Below, piece by piece: positions 18,724-28,596 of a stretch of DNA of 64,000 nucleotides. Each line of letters opens with the position of its first letter. Positions within the stretch are counted from its first letter, which is position 1. The translations under genes were made by a program, and so were the position numbers. The DNA is from a virus. The stretch lies in the UHGV virus genome UHGV-1364187; one strand, 5' to 3'. The notes below the pieces were generated by a model. That model made no database searches. It had not been told where the DNA came from and saw only the letters and a program-made list of their open reading frames with translations.

Positions 18724-21042
18724 CTAAGAAAGTATACTATTCATATTTGCAAGAAATTCTTCTAGAGTTATAATAGGAATGCCATATTTCTGTGCTGATA
18801 TTATTTTTGTAGATGGATTGTTAAATGCATCAATATTAACTACGATAAGTAAATCAGTATCTCTAGTTACAGATTTATCACTTATATCGTGTCCTAATGA
18901 TGTTACTAGATCAACTAATTCTTTATCTCTAAAGCCAGTAAATCTAATCTTCTTTCCACCACATGCATATCCAAAAGAAGATCTCATATTAACAAACGTT
19001 TTCTCTATATACATTAAATCTTCTATAAAGAATATACGTCTATCAATTACAGTTTTTGCTTTTACTTTTCCAATACCTTTGATATTGACTAATCTATTAT
19101 ATAAGATATCATCTGGAAGATTTATTATATCGTGTAATGTTATCTTATTAAGTATAAGCTTCCATGTTTCTTCAGCCATACTATCAAATCCTATAGCTCC
19201 TACAATCTGATAGTCCCATATATTAGATTCTTTTAATGCTTCTCTTTGAGCTATGAATTTATCCGCCATTATAGAACTATTAAGAGCATTTACTATAATA
19301 TCTCTATCGAGTTCCATTAATTTATTGAAAGAGAATACATTAGTTTTCAATACACTTGCTTCTGCAAATTGATCTATTCCTAACTTATCTAGCATATTAA
19401 CAGTTCTTGCAACTATTCTTCCTTTACATGCTAAATTTTTACAATATGCAGATGCACCAGATTTTGATATCTCTAATGGAGAACCACATACTGGACAGTG
19501 TGTTGGAAATGGAATAGGTGGAGTTACACTATCTATTTCATCATTATAACTATTATTAGGCTTAGTTACATATGGCATAACATCATTTACATACTCTACA
19601 TCTATAATATTACCCTCTCTTAATCCCAATTCCATAAATCTTTCATAAGAATGACCAGATGATTTAGGATGAATAGTTCCCATAAATTCAACTGGTTCGT
19701 AATGTATCATAGGTGTAATATATCCATCTTGTCCAACTGTATAAGTATATCCTTTAAATATAGTAGATTTCTTTAATGGATTAAACTTAACAGCTTGAGC
19801 ATATTTATTAACAGCATTTTCTCTACCCAATGCATGTTTGATATCTTCATCCATATATTCTATAACTACACCATCATATTGGAAATCGATATAATCTCTC
19901 ATCATTTCAGCTTCTTCAACAAACTTCTTAATTTGATATAAGATAGAAGTAAGATTTCCACTAATGATAGTATAGGTATTATATACACCTCTAGTATAAT
20001 ACTTATTAAGAAATTCTAACTGTTCATTTTTAGGTATATCTAATGAACACGCTAATGGTACTAATGTTACATATTCCATATATTTCCATGCATCTGAAGA
20101 TGAAAATAGACCACTAATAGCAGATCTGCAGTTCTTATAATTATATCCTTTAGCTTGATTGAATCTATATAGATTACTATATGTCATAATAGCCTCAAAC
20201 TGTACACCAAAATCTTCTTCTAATGGAATATTTTGTGGTGCATTAGGAAATATATAATTTCTCATAATAGGAGTTAAATCTGCAGCTTCGCCACCTATGG
20301 CATCCCCTCTTGATGTGAATAATCTACTTACCATAGAACCTTCGACAGATACTCCATCAAATTTAAGCATAAGTAATACATTAATAATTCTATTAGGATC
20401 TAGTATACCACGTTTAACATGTTCTCCAAAGAAATCCCTTTCTAATACTCTTACATTAGAATCATCAAATACTCCTAGTTCTTTTGCTTGATAATTCATT
20501 ACATGTTTACATTTTTCAAGAGTACCAACAAGATTTGGATATTGATGAGCTGTATTTCTCTTTCTTTTATCTATATTATTAGCAAATATAGCTGGAACTC
20601 TCATACATTCTCGTCTTGTTATTGGTGGTTGAAATAATAGCATATCAGTATATAATAAATCTTCATCATTAAGAATATCATTTACAAATACAGCTGGAGT
20701 AATCATATCAACTATATCATTTTTAACAAAGTTCTCATCTTTTGTTTGTATAGGTTTTCCTCCAACAGGTGCAATATATCCATGATTGACATATGATTCT
20801 CTTAATAAATCATACATTCCATCTTCTAATACTAATCCTTCACCATAGTTTTCCCATACAGTATTACAATACTCTAATATAGTTTGTGATATAGATGCAT
20901 CATCATTTTCCCATGCATTATTTAATAAATACATTACTGCATCATTTAATATTCTTTTTGCTAATGGATTTATACTTCCATTAAGATATAGGTCAGAACA
21001 AATCTGACCTATATTATTATAATATTCATTATTAGTATACAT
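18724..21042 (-). CDS. ligA: NAD-dependent DNA ligase (LigA-type)
   Basis: Adenylation motif KxDG within MLKFDGVSV. Cys4 zinc finger CPVCGSPLE...YCKNLACKGR. C-terminal BRCT-like region. Confidence 0.8.
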   Translation of the reverse strand: MYTNNEYYNNIGQICSDLYLNGSINPLAKRILNDAVMYLLNNAWENDDASISQTILEYCNTVWENYGEGLVLEDGMYDLLRESYVNHGYIAPVGGKPIQTKDENFVKNDIVDMITPAVFVNDILNDEDLLYTDMLLFQPPITRRECMRVPAIFANNIDKRKRNTAHQYPNLVGTLEKCKHVMNYQAKELGVFDDSNVRVLERDFFGEHVKRGILDPNRIINVLLMLKFDGVSVEGSMVSRLFTSRGDAIGGEAADLTPIMRNYIFPNAPQNIPLEEDFGVQFEAIMTYSNLYRFNQAKGYNYKNCRSAISGLFSSSDAWKYMEYVTLVPLACSLDIPKNEQLEFLNKYYTRGVYNTYTIISGNLTSILYQIKKFVEEAEMMRDYIDFQYDGVVIEYMDEDIKHALGRENAVNKYAQAVKFNPLKKSTIFKGYTYTVGQDGYITPMIHYEPVEFMGTIHPKSSGHSYERFMELGLREGNIIDVEYVNDVMPYVTKPNNSYNDEIDSVTPPIPFPTHCPVCGSPLEISKSGASAYCKNLACKGRIVARTVNMLDKLGIDQFAEASVLKTNVFSFNKLMELDRDIIVNALNSSIMADKFIAQREALKESNIWDYQIVGAIGFDSMAEETWKLILNKITLHDIINLPDDILYNRLVNIKGIGKVKAKTVIDRRIFFIEDLMYIEKTFVNMRSSFGYACGGKKIRFTGFRDKELVDLVTSLGHDISDKSVTRDTDLLIVVNIDAFNNPSTKIISAQKYGIPIITLEEFLANMNSILS

Positions 21043-21539
21043 TAGATATCAATCCTTTCTAGTGTAGAAAAATACATACTATAATGTTTATCCTGTGTTA
21101 CATGATAAGTTTCGTCTGTTATAACCCACTTATCTCTAGTTAATCTATCTGCTGGAAAGTAAGTATCGCCATCAAAGAATTCATCAAATTTTGTTACGAA
21201 AATTCTCTTAGTATAATCTAAGAATTCTCTATATACCCATCCTCCTCCAATAATAAAAATATCATCATCAGGATTTTCACAATCTAATAACAATATATCA
21301 TTTACAGAATGAACAACTTCTACACCAGGAATCTTTATATCTTTATGACTTAATACTATATTTCTTCTATCTGGCAATGGTCTACCAATACTTTCATAAG
21401 TCTTTCTTCCCATCACTACAGTATGACCTGTAGTGATGTCTTTAAAATGTTTTCTATCTTCTCTAACTATTCCCCAAGGTAATTCATTATCTCTACCTAT
21501 TATCATATTTCTAGATATAGCAACAATCATATTAATCAT
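21042..21539 (-). CDS. folA: dihydrofolate reductase
   Basis: MINMIVAIS-x-N-x-IG-x-DN-x-LPW...VVMGRKTYESIGRPLP-x-R-x-NIVLS is the classic DHFR fingerprint. The start was trimmed to the Met behind GGAGAG. Confidence 0.8.
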   Translation of the reverse strand: MINMIVAISRNMIIGRDNELPWGIVREDRKHFKDITTGHTVVMGRKTYESIGRPLPDRRNIVLSHKDIKIPGVEVVHSVNDILLLDCENPDDDIFIIGGGWVYREFLDYTKRIFVTKFDEFFDGDTYFPADRLTRDKWVITDETYHVTQDKHYSMYFSTLERIDI

Positions 21540-21993
21540 TATAATCTCTCCAATCTTTAACAATATATCCAGGAATAAATGTAGCTGGAATATTATTTGG
21601 TTTTATTTCTGCTGGTACAAGACAATTATTATATAATGCTCTTTCTTGCTCCAACATTATTTGAGCTGGAGTGTACATTCCTTCCTTATTAGGAGCTATA
21701 TTATTTGTATCTATAGCTGGAACAAAATATGCTGGTCTTATTCTCTGAACTAATGTCTTCTTAAATACCATTCTTAAGCCTATAGCTTTAAGATAAGTAT
21801 GCATAATTTGTGCAGTTATATTATTAGTTTCATTATCTATTTGTACATCCACGTTATATGGATCATCAGTAAGAATATTCTTAGCTAATCTTCTACCATG
21901 TGTACTAGCACTATTGATAAGTAGCATTACTAATAATAACTCAGCATCTACGTGCATTAAATTTGAAGCTTCCATAGACCCACCACTACACAA
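21532..21993 (-). CDS. RNA polymerase beta subunit C-terminal fragment, exon 2 (after the intron)
   Basis: GGSMEASNLMHVDAELLLVMLLINSASTHGRR aligns with RpoB [31 protein letters not shown]. The true exon start is about 21,985-21,993. Confidence 0.6.
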   Translation of the reverse strand: MCSGGSMEASNLMHVDAELLLVMLLINSASTHGRRLAKNILTDDPYNVDVQIDNETNNITAQIMHTYLKAIGLRMVFKKTLVQRIRPAYFVPAIDTNNIAPNKEGMYTPAQIMLEQERALYNNCLVPAEIKPNNIPATFIPGYIVKDWRDYND

Positions 21994-22470
21994 ATTGTGT
22001 AGCAGACTATATCACCACCATATACTTTAAAAAAGTACTTAGGTGCCTCCCATTTCGGATATACTATATCCTACTCTACTCACTTCGTCTATATCTAATT
22101 TATTAGATATACCTTATTTTTAACTAGATTACTAGTATATTAGCTTTCGATAGTCGTTGAACTTTAATCTTTGAATATAGTTTTATATTTATATATTATA
22201 TTTGATATTATTCAAAGATTCTTAGCTGCTGATTGTAGATCTGTTACGTTAACTTAGCACCTATTATTGAATAGGCTTTTATCTCAGCATATCAACACAG
22301 AATCAATTTTTTCTGTCTTTCGACGACATTCACACCCATCCTTACGGATCATGTTGTAGTTTGATTCTGAATAACTACTTCCCAGACAAATTAAAGAGGT
22401 TTTTACTTCTATCTTTTTCAAGATAAAAGGCACATGTATGTCTATGCAACTGGTGTACGACTGTATGGTG
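21990..22470 (-). ncRNA. group I self-splicing intron without an ORF, in the RNAP beta gene (boundaries approximate)
   Basis: Minus-strand R element gttcaacgacta (22151-22162), Q aatcagcagc (22226-22236), S gatatagtctgc (22002-22013), P-like aatttgtctggg (22381-22392) and P9 hairpin ctacacaaattgtgtag. The G+C content is higher than in the flanks. The RpoB homology resumes immediately after. Confidence 0.7.
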
Positions 22471-24220
22471 ACTCGTATAATTTACTTGCACGAGATCTTG
22501 TATTTTGCCCTCTTACATTAGTTGCTGATAAAGATGTTGTTGAGAATTTCTCTTCTGCAACTTGTTTTAATCTGTAATAATATATATGACCAGCAATAAG
22601 TTTTCTTCTAGTAGGTATGGCTCTATAATTACCCATAGAATCTTTTTGTTGAATCATAACTGTATAAGGTTCGATCCAATCAAAATGTTTATACATTTGA
22701 TCTAATAAATCTATACCATATGATTCTGTTATAGGTTCTATTTGGAAATGAATACAATCATAAGACTTGATACTGTCTAAGAATAATTTCTTATCTTGTT
22801 CTGACATATTGTCTACTATATTTTTTGTATATCTGTACATATTAGGACTTACAAAAGATAAGAAATCAAAGTACATTTGAAACGCTTCTTCATCTGTGCA
22901 TAATGGAGATCTCATTCTTTCTATAATTCTAGAACTTATAAAATTAGATTCCATTTCAATATGTTGTCCAGGATTAAGACGTCCTACTATACCTGCAGAA
23001 TTCCATATTGCGTCTGCATGTTTTCCATTGTCAAATAAAGGCATTAATTCTTCTGGTAAGAATCCAGCAATAACACCTTTACCTCCATATCTATTAGTAA
23101 TCTTATCACCAATTTGTATACGACTAACTTCATATACCATGAAATCAATTACTAAGAAAGAGAATTCATTATCTTTTTCATTCAAGAAATGTTGTCCGTC
23201 TAATATTCTCTTATGAAATAGATATAACTCTTCTAAGTCATATGATTTTTTAATACTTTTATCATTTACAATTGGTTCTAATACATTAACTATTTCTCTA
23301 GAGAATCTTTGTTGATTCATATAAATCATAGCTAATTGAGAGTATTTAGAATCTGTAAATAGTAATTCTGGATCGTTACAATATATATCACAATCTATTA
23401 GTACACCTGACCCTATTGTAACTTTAACATCAGAAGTCATTATTTTTCTTAATCTATCTTGGCTTGCAGAATAAAATTGTTCTTCATTTTTCTTTAGACG
23501 AGTACCCATAAGAATACCATCTTTTACCTCTTCTCCTACAAAAGGACATACTTTATAACTACCATCTTTACCATAAAGATTCAATGGAACGTTATTAGTA
23601 TTTATACTTATACGTTTTGGTTTGAATACTGGAGTATCAAATTTTGGACGAACAGCTTCGCTTAGAATAATACCATCTTCGCAAGTCTTAGCTATATTCA
23701 TAAATACTCCATTAAGATTTATACCATCCATCTTATTACCATAATCATCATAAGATGAGCTTTTTCTTATTACATCACCTTGTTTAATTACATCACCAAC
23801 TTTTTTACTATCCATATATTTATTATTATACTTATATCCATTTGTTTCTGTAAGATAATTATAATCTACTCTATGATATATAGTATAAGAATTATTAGTT
23901 GGATTGCGTAATATAAGAATATAATCATGTTCTGGTAAATGTTCAAATTTTGATATCTTAGCAACTATCTCATATTCCATATCAGCTAACAATACAGCAC
24001 TATTATATCTACCATATTCATTAGCATATCCAGTATCACAGAATGCGATTTCTGAATTAATAAGATCTGTTCTATGATCATTATGAACATTATACATCTT
24101 CTTTCTTGATGCTGCATTATGATTATTGAACGGTTCTTTCAATCCTTTAGACAATACGTAATCTAATTTCTTTGGAACGTATTGATCTATTCTTGTTAGT
24201 GGATCTGTTATTATTGCCAT
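22442..24220 (-). CDS. RNA polymerase beta subunit C-terminal fragment, exon 1
   Basis: GINLNGVFMNIAKTCEDGIILSE matches the RpoB GxN..VAFMPW.GYNFEDAI block. GDKITNRYGGKGVIAGF matches GDKxxGRHGNKGV, and NPGQHIEME is also present. The last roughly 20 codons before the stop at 22442 are intron-encoded. Confidence 0.7.
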   Translation of the reverse strand: MAIITDPLTRIDQYVPKKLDYVLSKGLKEPFNNHNAASRKKMYNVHNDHRTDLINSEIAFCDTGYANEYGRYNSAVLLADMEYEIVAKISKFEHLPEHDYILILRNPTNNSYTIYHRVDYNYLTETNGYKYNNKYMDSKKVGDVIKQGDVIRKSSSYDDYGNKMDGINLNGVFMNIAKTCEDGIILSEAVRPKFDTPVFKPKRISINTNNVPLNLYGKDGSYKVCPFVGEEVKDGILMGTRLKKNEEQFYSASQDRLRKIMTSDVKVTIGSGVLIDCDIYCNDPELLFTDSKYSQLAMIYMNQQRFSREIVNVLEPIVNDKSIKKSYDLEELYLFHKRILDGQHFLNEKDNEFSFLVIDFMVYEVSRIQIGDKITNRYGGKGVIAGFLPEELMPLFDNGKHADAIWNSAGIVGRLNPGQHIEMESNFISSRIIERMRSPLCTDEEAFQMYFDFLSFVSPNMYRYTKNIVDNMSEQDKKLFLDSIKSYDCIHFQIEPITESYGIDLLDQMYKHFDWIEPYTVMIQQKDSMGNYRAIPTRRKLIAGHIYYYRLKQVAEEKFSTTSLSATNVRGQNTRSRASKLYESPYSRTPVA

Positions 24221-24301
24221 GTTTCTTCTCCTCCTTGAATGTTTAATATATGATAGATATAAGAAAAAGTTCATTATATCTATCATATATATAATATATA
24301 A

Positions 24302-24763
24302 TTATGCGACGTTTTGGATCATAGATAATATGTCATCTGTAGATGATGTTAACCCTACTTCATCTTCTTCTGGTTCTTCATAAGTATCAGATAGCATAGA
24401 TTTCATCTCTTCTAAGACAATTGTATTAAATACTGATCTAAACTCTGAGTCTGTATTAAGTTTATTCTTAAATTGTTTTTGAGAGAATTTCATATCACTT
24501 CTATCACCTAGGTACAAATATGCACCTGCACCATTAAGAACTCCACGTTGTTTTAAGAACATAAACATTGATAAATCTGCATCAAATCCATCACTTTGAC
24601 TAAATACTAATGGAACAGATTGACCAGCTTTATTTGTTCTTGATTTAACAAGTGTTACCTCTGTAATGTTTCCGTCTAAGTCGAATACTTCTCCTTCTTT
24701 TAACTTAGATCCATCATCAAATCTAATAATATTATTTGCTAAGTATATAGGTGTATTGCCGCC
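24302..24763 (-). CDS. RecA/UvsX-like recombinase, exon 2
   Basis: GGNTPIYLANNIIRF matches RecA GGNALKFYASVRLDIRR and UvsX GGGTGPMYSADTVF. Confidence 0.6.
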   Translation of the reverse strand, partial: GGNTPIYLANNIIRFDDGSKLKEGEVFDLDGNITEVTLVKSRTNKAGQSVPLVFSQSDGFDADLSMFMFLKQRGVLNGAGAYLYLGDRSDMKFSQKQFKNKLNTDSEFRSVFNTIVLEEMKSMLSDTYEEPEEDEVGLTSSTDDILSMIQNVA

Positions 24764-24766
24764 CAT

Positions 24767-25150
24767 AATTTTATATTACATACGATCGCTACTCGTATTC
24801 TATAATTTTCATTATAGATTAGACTATATCTTCATCCTTATTATTAAGGAGCACTCCATTTCGAATACGCTTGTATTCTACTCTATTTCTAGATAGTCGT
24901 TGAACGTTCTTCTCATATAAGAAGCTTCGCTGCTGATTGTCCATTACAAATAAGACTTAGGATTTTGTCCATATCTCATACTAACCGCTTTTTTCTACTT
25001 TCGTAACCATCACGCTTATCTTTACAGATTACGTTGTGGTGGGTTAGTCTTTAGGAGTTCCCAGCAATTAAGAGTGTTTCCTAAATGCTCATTACTGAAC
25101 ATTCTCCCCAGTTATGCAATACGTTTAGGGAGTGATTCGTCAACCTTCAA
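24767..25150 (-). ncRNA. group I self-splicing intron without an ORF, in the recA-like gene (boundaries approximate)
   Basis: R gttcaacgacta (24894-24905), Q aatcagcagc (24929-24939), S gatatagtct (24821-24830), P aattgctggg (25060-25069) and P9 hairpin with a GAAA loop (24800-24817). It is homologous in sequence to the intron at 21,990-22,470. Confidence 0.7.
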
Positions 25151-25909
25151 ATATGATACTTGTGCTTTCTTACGTTGAGCAGGTGTAATAGCAACTGCTT
25201 GTGTAATATGATTGATTACAAATAAGATAATATTAGCAGCTTTTAATAATGGAATAATAGTTCTAAAGATCTTAGCATTAGCTTTAGCTGTTGCTGTTGT
25301 ACTCATCTGTCCTGACATTTCTTCTTCGTCAGAAAATTTCTCAGGCATTAATAATGCTAATGAATCTAAAATAACTACTGTAGGCTGTAATTTGTATAGC
25401 CTATTACCAAATTCATCATATAAACCAGTATCATATTCAAACTCACTTCTATTAGCAAGTTTGATATCACTAATCATCTTGATTCTTTGGAAGAAGTTTT
25501 CACATGTGATACCAGTATTTCTATGAATATATTTATCTTTAGCCTCTTCAGGTGTCATTTTAGCAAGTTTAAATAGTCTACTATTACTAATACCACCCTC
25601 AATATCTTCATGATATATAGCAGCATTAGGAAATGGTTTAACAATATTTCCAGCTGCTTGAATAGTCCATGTAGTTTTACCACATCCAGATCTACCAATA
25701 ATCATTACCATTGATCCATCTGCAATTCCAATAGAATAATATTGATATTGCTGACCGTCTGGAGTTTTTCCAATAGCTACAGTACCATTTCTAAAATCAA
25801 ATGTAAGAAATCCAGTTGAATATCCAACAGGTGTTTCTGTTTCAACTTTCATTCTATAATCTTTAGATTTTTCTACAGATTTTCTAAACATATCTACCAA
25901 TAAGCTCAT
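25112..25909 (-). CDS. RecA/UvsX-like recombinase, exon 1
   Basis: Walker A GRSGCGKTT, Walker B VVILDSLALL and INHITQA (RecA INQIR, UvsX INHT). The C-terminal approximately 15 codons are intron-derived and the stop lies inside the intron. Confidence 0.7.
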   Translation of the reverse strand: MSLLVDMFRKSVEKSKDYRMKVETETPVGYSTGFLTFDFRNGTVAIGKTPDGQQYQYYSIGIADGSMVMIIGRSGCGKTTWTIQAAGNIVKPFPNAAIYHEDIEGGISNSRLFKLAKMTPEEAKDKYIHRNTGITCENFFQRIKMISDIKLANRSEFEYDTGLYDEFGNRLYKLQPTVVILDSLALLMPEKFSDEEEMSGQMSTTATAKANAKIFRTIIPLLKAANIILFVINHITQAVAITPAQRKKAQVSYLKVDESLPKRIA

Positions 25910-25964
25910 AAAAAATAAACCCCTTTCTTTATTTAAGTTATTTATAAGTTATATATAATGTAAA

Positions 25965-26005
25965 AAATAAAACGTAGGCTACCATTTAGGCAACTCTACG
26001 TTTTA
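25965..26005 (-). terminator. terminator-like hairpin
   Basis: aaaacgtag...ctacgtttt stem, followed on the minus strand by attttttac. Confidence 0.45.
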
Positions 26006-26009
26006 TTTT

Positions 26010-26936
26010 TTAAGGCATAATAATATTCTCGAATGTTTGTAAGTTGTGAACAACTTCTAATATTCTAGGATAATCTGGACATGCAGAAATATCAAATCTT
26101 ACTCTATCGAAATTACTATTAAGCTTATAATCTTGTGAATATACTATTAATACTTTTCTAATATTATCTGATGTCATACTATCTAATAGATCTAATATAG
26201 CAAGATTGATTGTTGAATTAATGAAACTTGCATCAGGACCAAATGCAGCAAGTTCATTCTCTGTATAAATATCATACATAACTCCAATAAACAAAGGAGT
26301 CATATGAGAATATAACTCTTGATAGATATTTACTATCATTTGTTCTGTCATTAATTCTCTAGACTGTTGTATAAGTTTATTAGTAAGTCTTTTTGTACAT
26401 ATTACATCATCACTATTTGAATATCTACAAATAGCAATATCTGTTGCAATATGATCTGGTAAACCAATACCTATAAGTTTACTAATAATTGTTCTGTTAA
26501 TTGTTCTAGCAATAGTCATAAGTGCATTCATTGTATATTGATCTTTGTCTTCTAATACTGCATAATCATAAACTAATTTGTTCAAATAACAGATATTTGA
26601 ATGATCAATATACTGTTCTTGAGATAATACTTGATTGAGCACCATTAAGAATTTACTATTCATAAATAAACTAATATATCTACAATCATTGTAACTCATT
26701 ATAGAATATAAGATATCTGAATAGTACATCTTAATTTGTTTAAATAACTCTTCATCAGATATTGTATCAAAATCAATAGTCAACATATCTTCTGGTGTTG
26801 TTAAATTCACGTTTACATACACAGTTTTCTTCGCCTCCTCTTCAGCTTTTTTAACAGAAGCCTCAAAGAATTTATTAAAATTTGGTTTTTGTGGCTTCTT
26901 TAATTCTAAGTTCTCATAAACTTGAAAATCTTCCAT
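26010..26936 (-). CDS. hypothetical protein
   Basis: 308-aa ORF. Confidence 0.5.
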   Translation of the reverse strand: MEDFQVYENLELKKPQKPNFNKFFEASVKKAEEEAKKTVYVNVNLTTPEDMLTIDFDTISDEELFKQIKMYYSDILYSIMSYNDCRYISLFMNSKFLMVLNQVLSQEQYIDHSNICYLNKLVYDYAVLEDKDQYTMNALMTIARTINRTIISKLIGIGLPDHIATDIAICRYSNSDDVICTKRLTNKLIQQSRELMTEQMIVNIYQELYSHMTPLFIGVMYDIYTENELAAFGPDASFINSTINLAILDLLDSMTSDNIRKVLIVYSQDYKLNSNFDRVRFDISACPDYPRILEVVHNLQTFENIIMP

Positions 26937-27000
26937 ATATAAAATCTCCTTTCTAAATATTTATATTCAATAATATAATATATGATTAAAATTTAGTTTA

Positions 27001-27041
27001 ATATAAAAAAATAAAAGAGCATACTTACATGTATGCTCTTT
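27001..27041 (-). terminator. rho-independent terminator
   Basis: 11-bp stem aaagagcatac/gtatgctcttt, followed on the minus strand by tatttttttatat. Confidence 0.7.
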
Positions 27042-27050
27042 ATTAAAATT

Positions 27051-28238
27051 CTATAGTTCTTTTCCAGTTGAAGTATTAACTAGGATTGATTTTGGACTTG
27101 ATTGTTCATTGTTAATTGTTTGAGTTTTATTTGGTTCACTTGATTTCTTTTTATTCTTAAAGAAACCAGGTTTAGTTGTTCTTACATTAAACTCATCTTC
27201 TTCAATTTCCATTTTGTTAATATCACTATAGAATGAATCTTGAGTTTTATTAACTCTACTTGCAACTTCTTGATATTTTGTATAAATATCTTGAAGTTCT
27301 TTTACTGGTAATTTTAATCCAGCGATAATAATAATAGCATATTGATCTTCGCCATCTAATACTGGTTGAATATGATCGTATGCTTCATATGGTTCTCCAA
27401 CAACATCTTTAATTGCTCTATAAGAGTAATCAATGATATTCTTTGTTTCTTCATTGATATTCCATACAACACCAATACGTTTGCATGATGGTTGTTCAAT
27501 ATCAATTGATTTTGTATTTTGGATAGCTTTAACTAATAAGTCATCTAACTGTTCTTGAGTTTTAATATCTCTTCCGATAGATACTTTTTCAATTAAACTA
27601 TATCCAGGATTGTTGATAAGTTTAAAGTGGTCTGTATCATCAATATTTTGACTTCCTTCTCTTAATACTGAACCAGTAATAACTTTAAGCTCTTCTACGA
27701 ATAATTCATTAGCCATCTTTTCAGCTGCAACTTTATTACCTTTAGCATCTGATAAGAATTTTGCATTACTAATAGTATGAACTACGTATTGTGGTAAGAA
27801 TTGTTTAAATAGATTAACTGTATTTCCTAATCCTCTTGCATCTGCATGGAATCCCATTAATGGGAATTGATGTACTGTGATGCCTGTATTTTCTGTAATG
27901 TAGTTTCCTAATACAGGAGCACCACCACATCCAGTTCCACCTTCAGCACCAAATACAATTACAACTGCATCGTCATCTTCTTCTAAGAATTCTGGTAATA
28001 ATTCTTCTAATTCTCCACCATTAAGAGATTGCTCCATCATATCAGCACCAAGTTTTGTTTCTTTACCTGCACCATTAATGTCTCCAATGATGATTGAAAT
28101 ATCTCTATACTCTACTGGGATGTCTTTGTCAGTGCTATTGATAAGTTTAACATATTCTCTAGATATTGCACCTTTTTCAATTGCATCAATACTTGCTTTG
28201 TTTCCTGCTGCACCAACACCGAATAATTTTGTTTTCAT
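27051..28238 (-). CDS. tubulin/FtsZ-family GTPase (phage PhuZ/TubZ-like)
   Basis: Glycine-rich N-terminal loop GVGAAGNKA (FtsZ GVGGGGNNA). Tubulin signature GGGTG(S/T)G within GAEGGTGCGG. Long charged C-terminal tail. Confidence 0.7.
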   Translation of the reverse strand: MKTKLFGVGAAGNKASIDAIEKGAISREYVKLINSTDKDIPVEYRDISIIIGDINGAGKETKLGADMMEQSLNGGELEELLPEFLEEDDDAVVIVFGAEGGTGCGGAPVLGNYITENTGITVHQFPLMGFHADARGLGNTVNLFKQFLPQYVVHTISNAKFLSDAKGNKVAAEKMANELFVEELKVITGSVLREGSQNIDDTDHFKLINNPGYSLIEKVSIGRDIKTQEQLDDLLVKAIQNTKSIDIEQPSCKRIGVVWNINEETKNIIDYSYRAIKDVVGEPYEAYDHIQPVLDGEDQYAIIIIAGLKLPVKELQDIYTKYQEVASRVNKTQDSFYSDINKMEIEEDEFNVRTTKPGFFKNKKKSSEPNKTQTINNEQSSPKSILVNTSTGKEL

Positions 28239-28381
28239 AATAAAAATCCCTCCTAAAATATTATATATTATATAATCATGTGTTATAATATATTTTGAAA
28301 TTTAACACATGATAAGATTAGATAATAGATTAAGCTCTATTATCTAATCTTCATTCACTATTATAATATATAATTATAATT

Positions 28382-28594
28382 TTATTTGTTTACAATTTTT
28401 GACATATAATCTAGGTTTTCTTTATACTGAATTATTTCTTCGTTAAGATAATCATTTTGAATTTGTAAATCTATAATTGTTTGATTTTGTTCTTTTATCT
28501 TTTTATTAAGTTGAGTTATGTATCCTATTTCTAAAATTATTGTGAATACTATTAACCCAATTAATATGTAAGATTTTATAGATAATTTATACAT
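28382..28594 (-). CDS. small membrane protein
   Basis: One hydrophobic helix followed by a coiled-coil-like tail. Confidence 0.45.
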   Translation of the reverse strand: MYKLSIKSYILIGLIVFTIILEIGYITQLNKKIKEQNQTIIDLQIQNDYLNEEIIQYKENLDYMSKIVNK

Positions 28595-28596
28595 AT

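Noticed and set aside
21042-21563. Whether the presence of DHFR means the phage does not use uracil-DNA, as PBS1 and AR9 do
   Set aside because: This cannot be decided from the window. DHFR argues for thymidylate synthesis, but no thyA, dUTPase or Ugi gene is present here to settle it.
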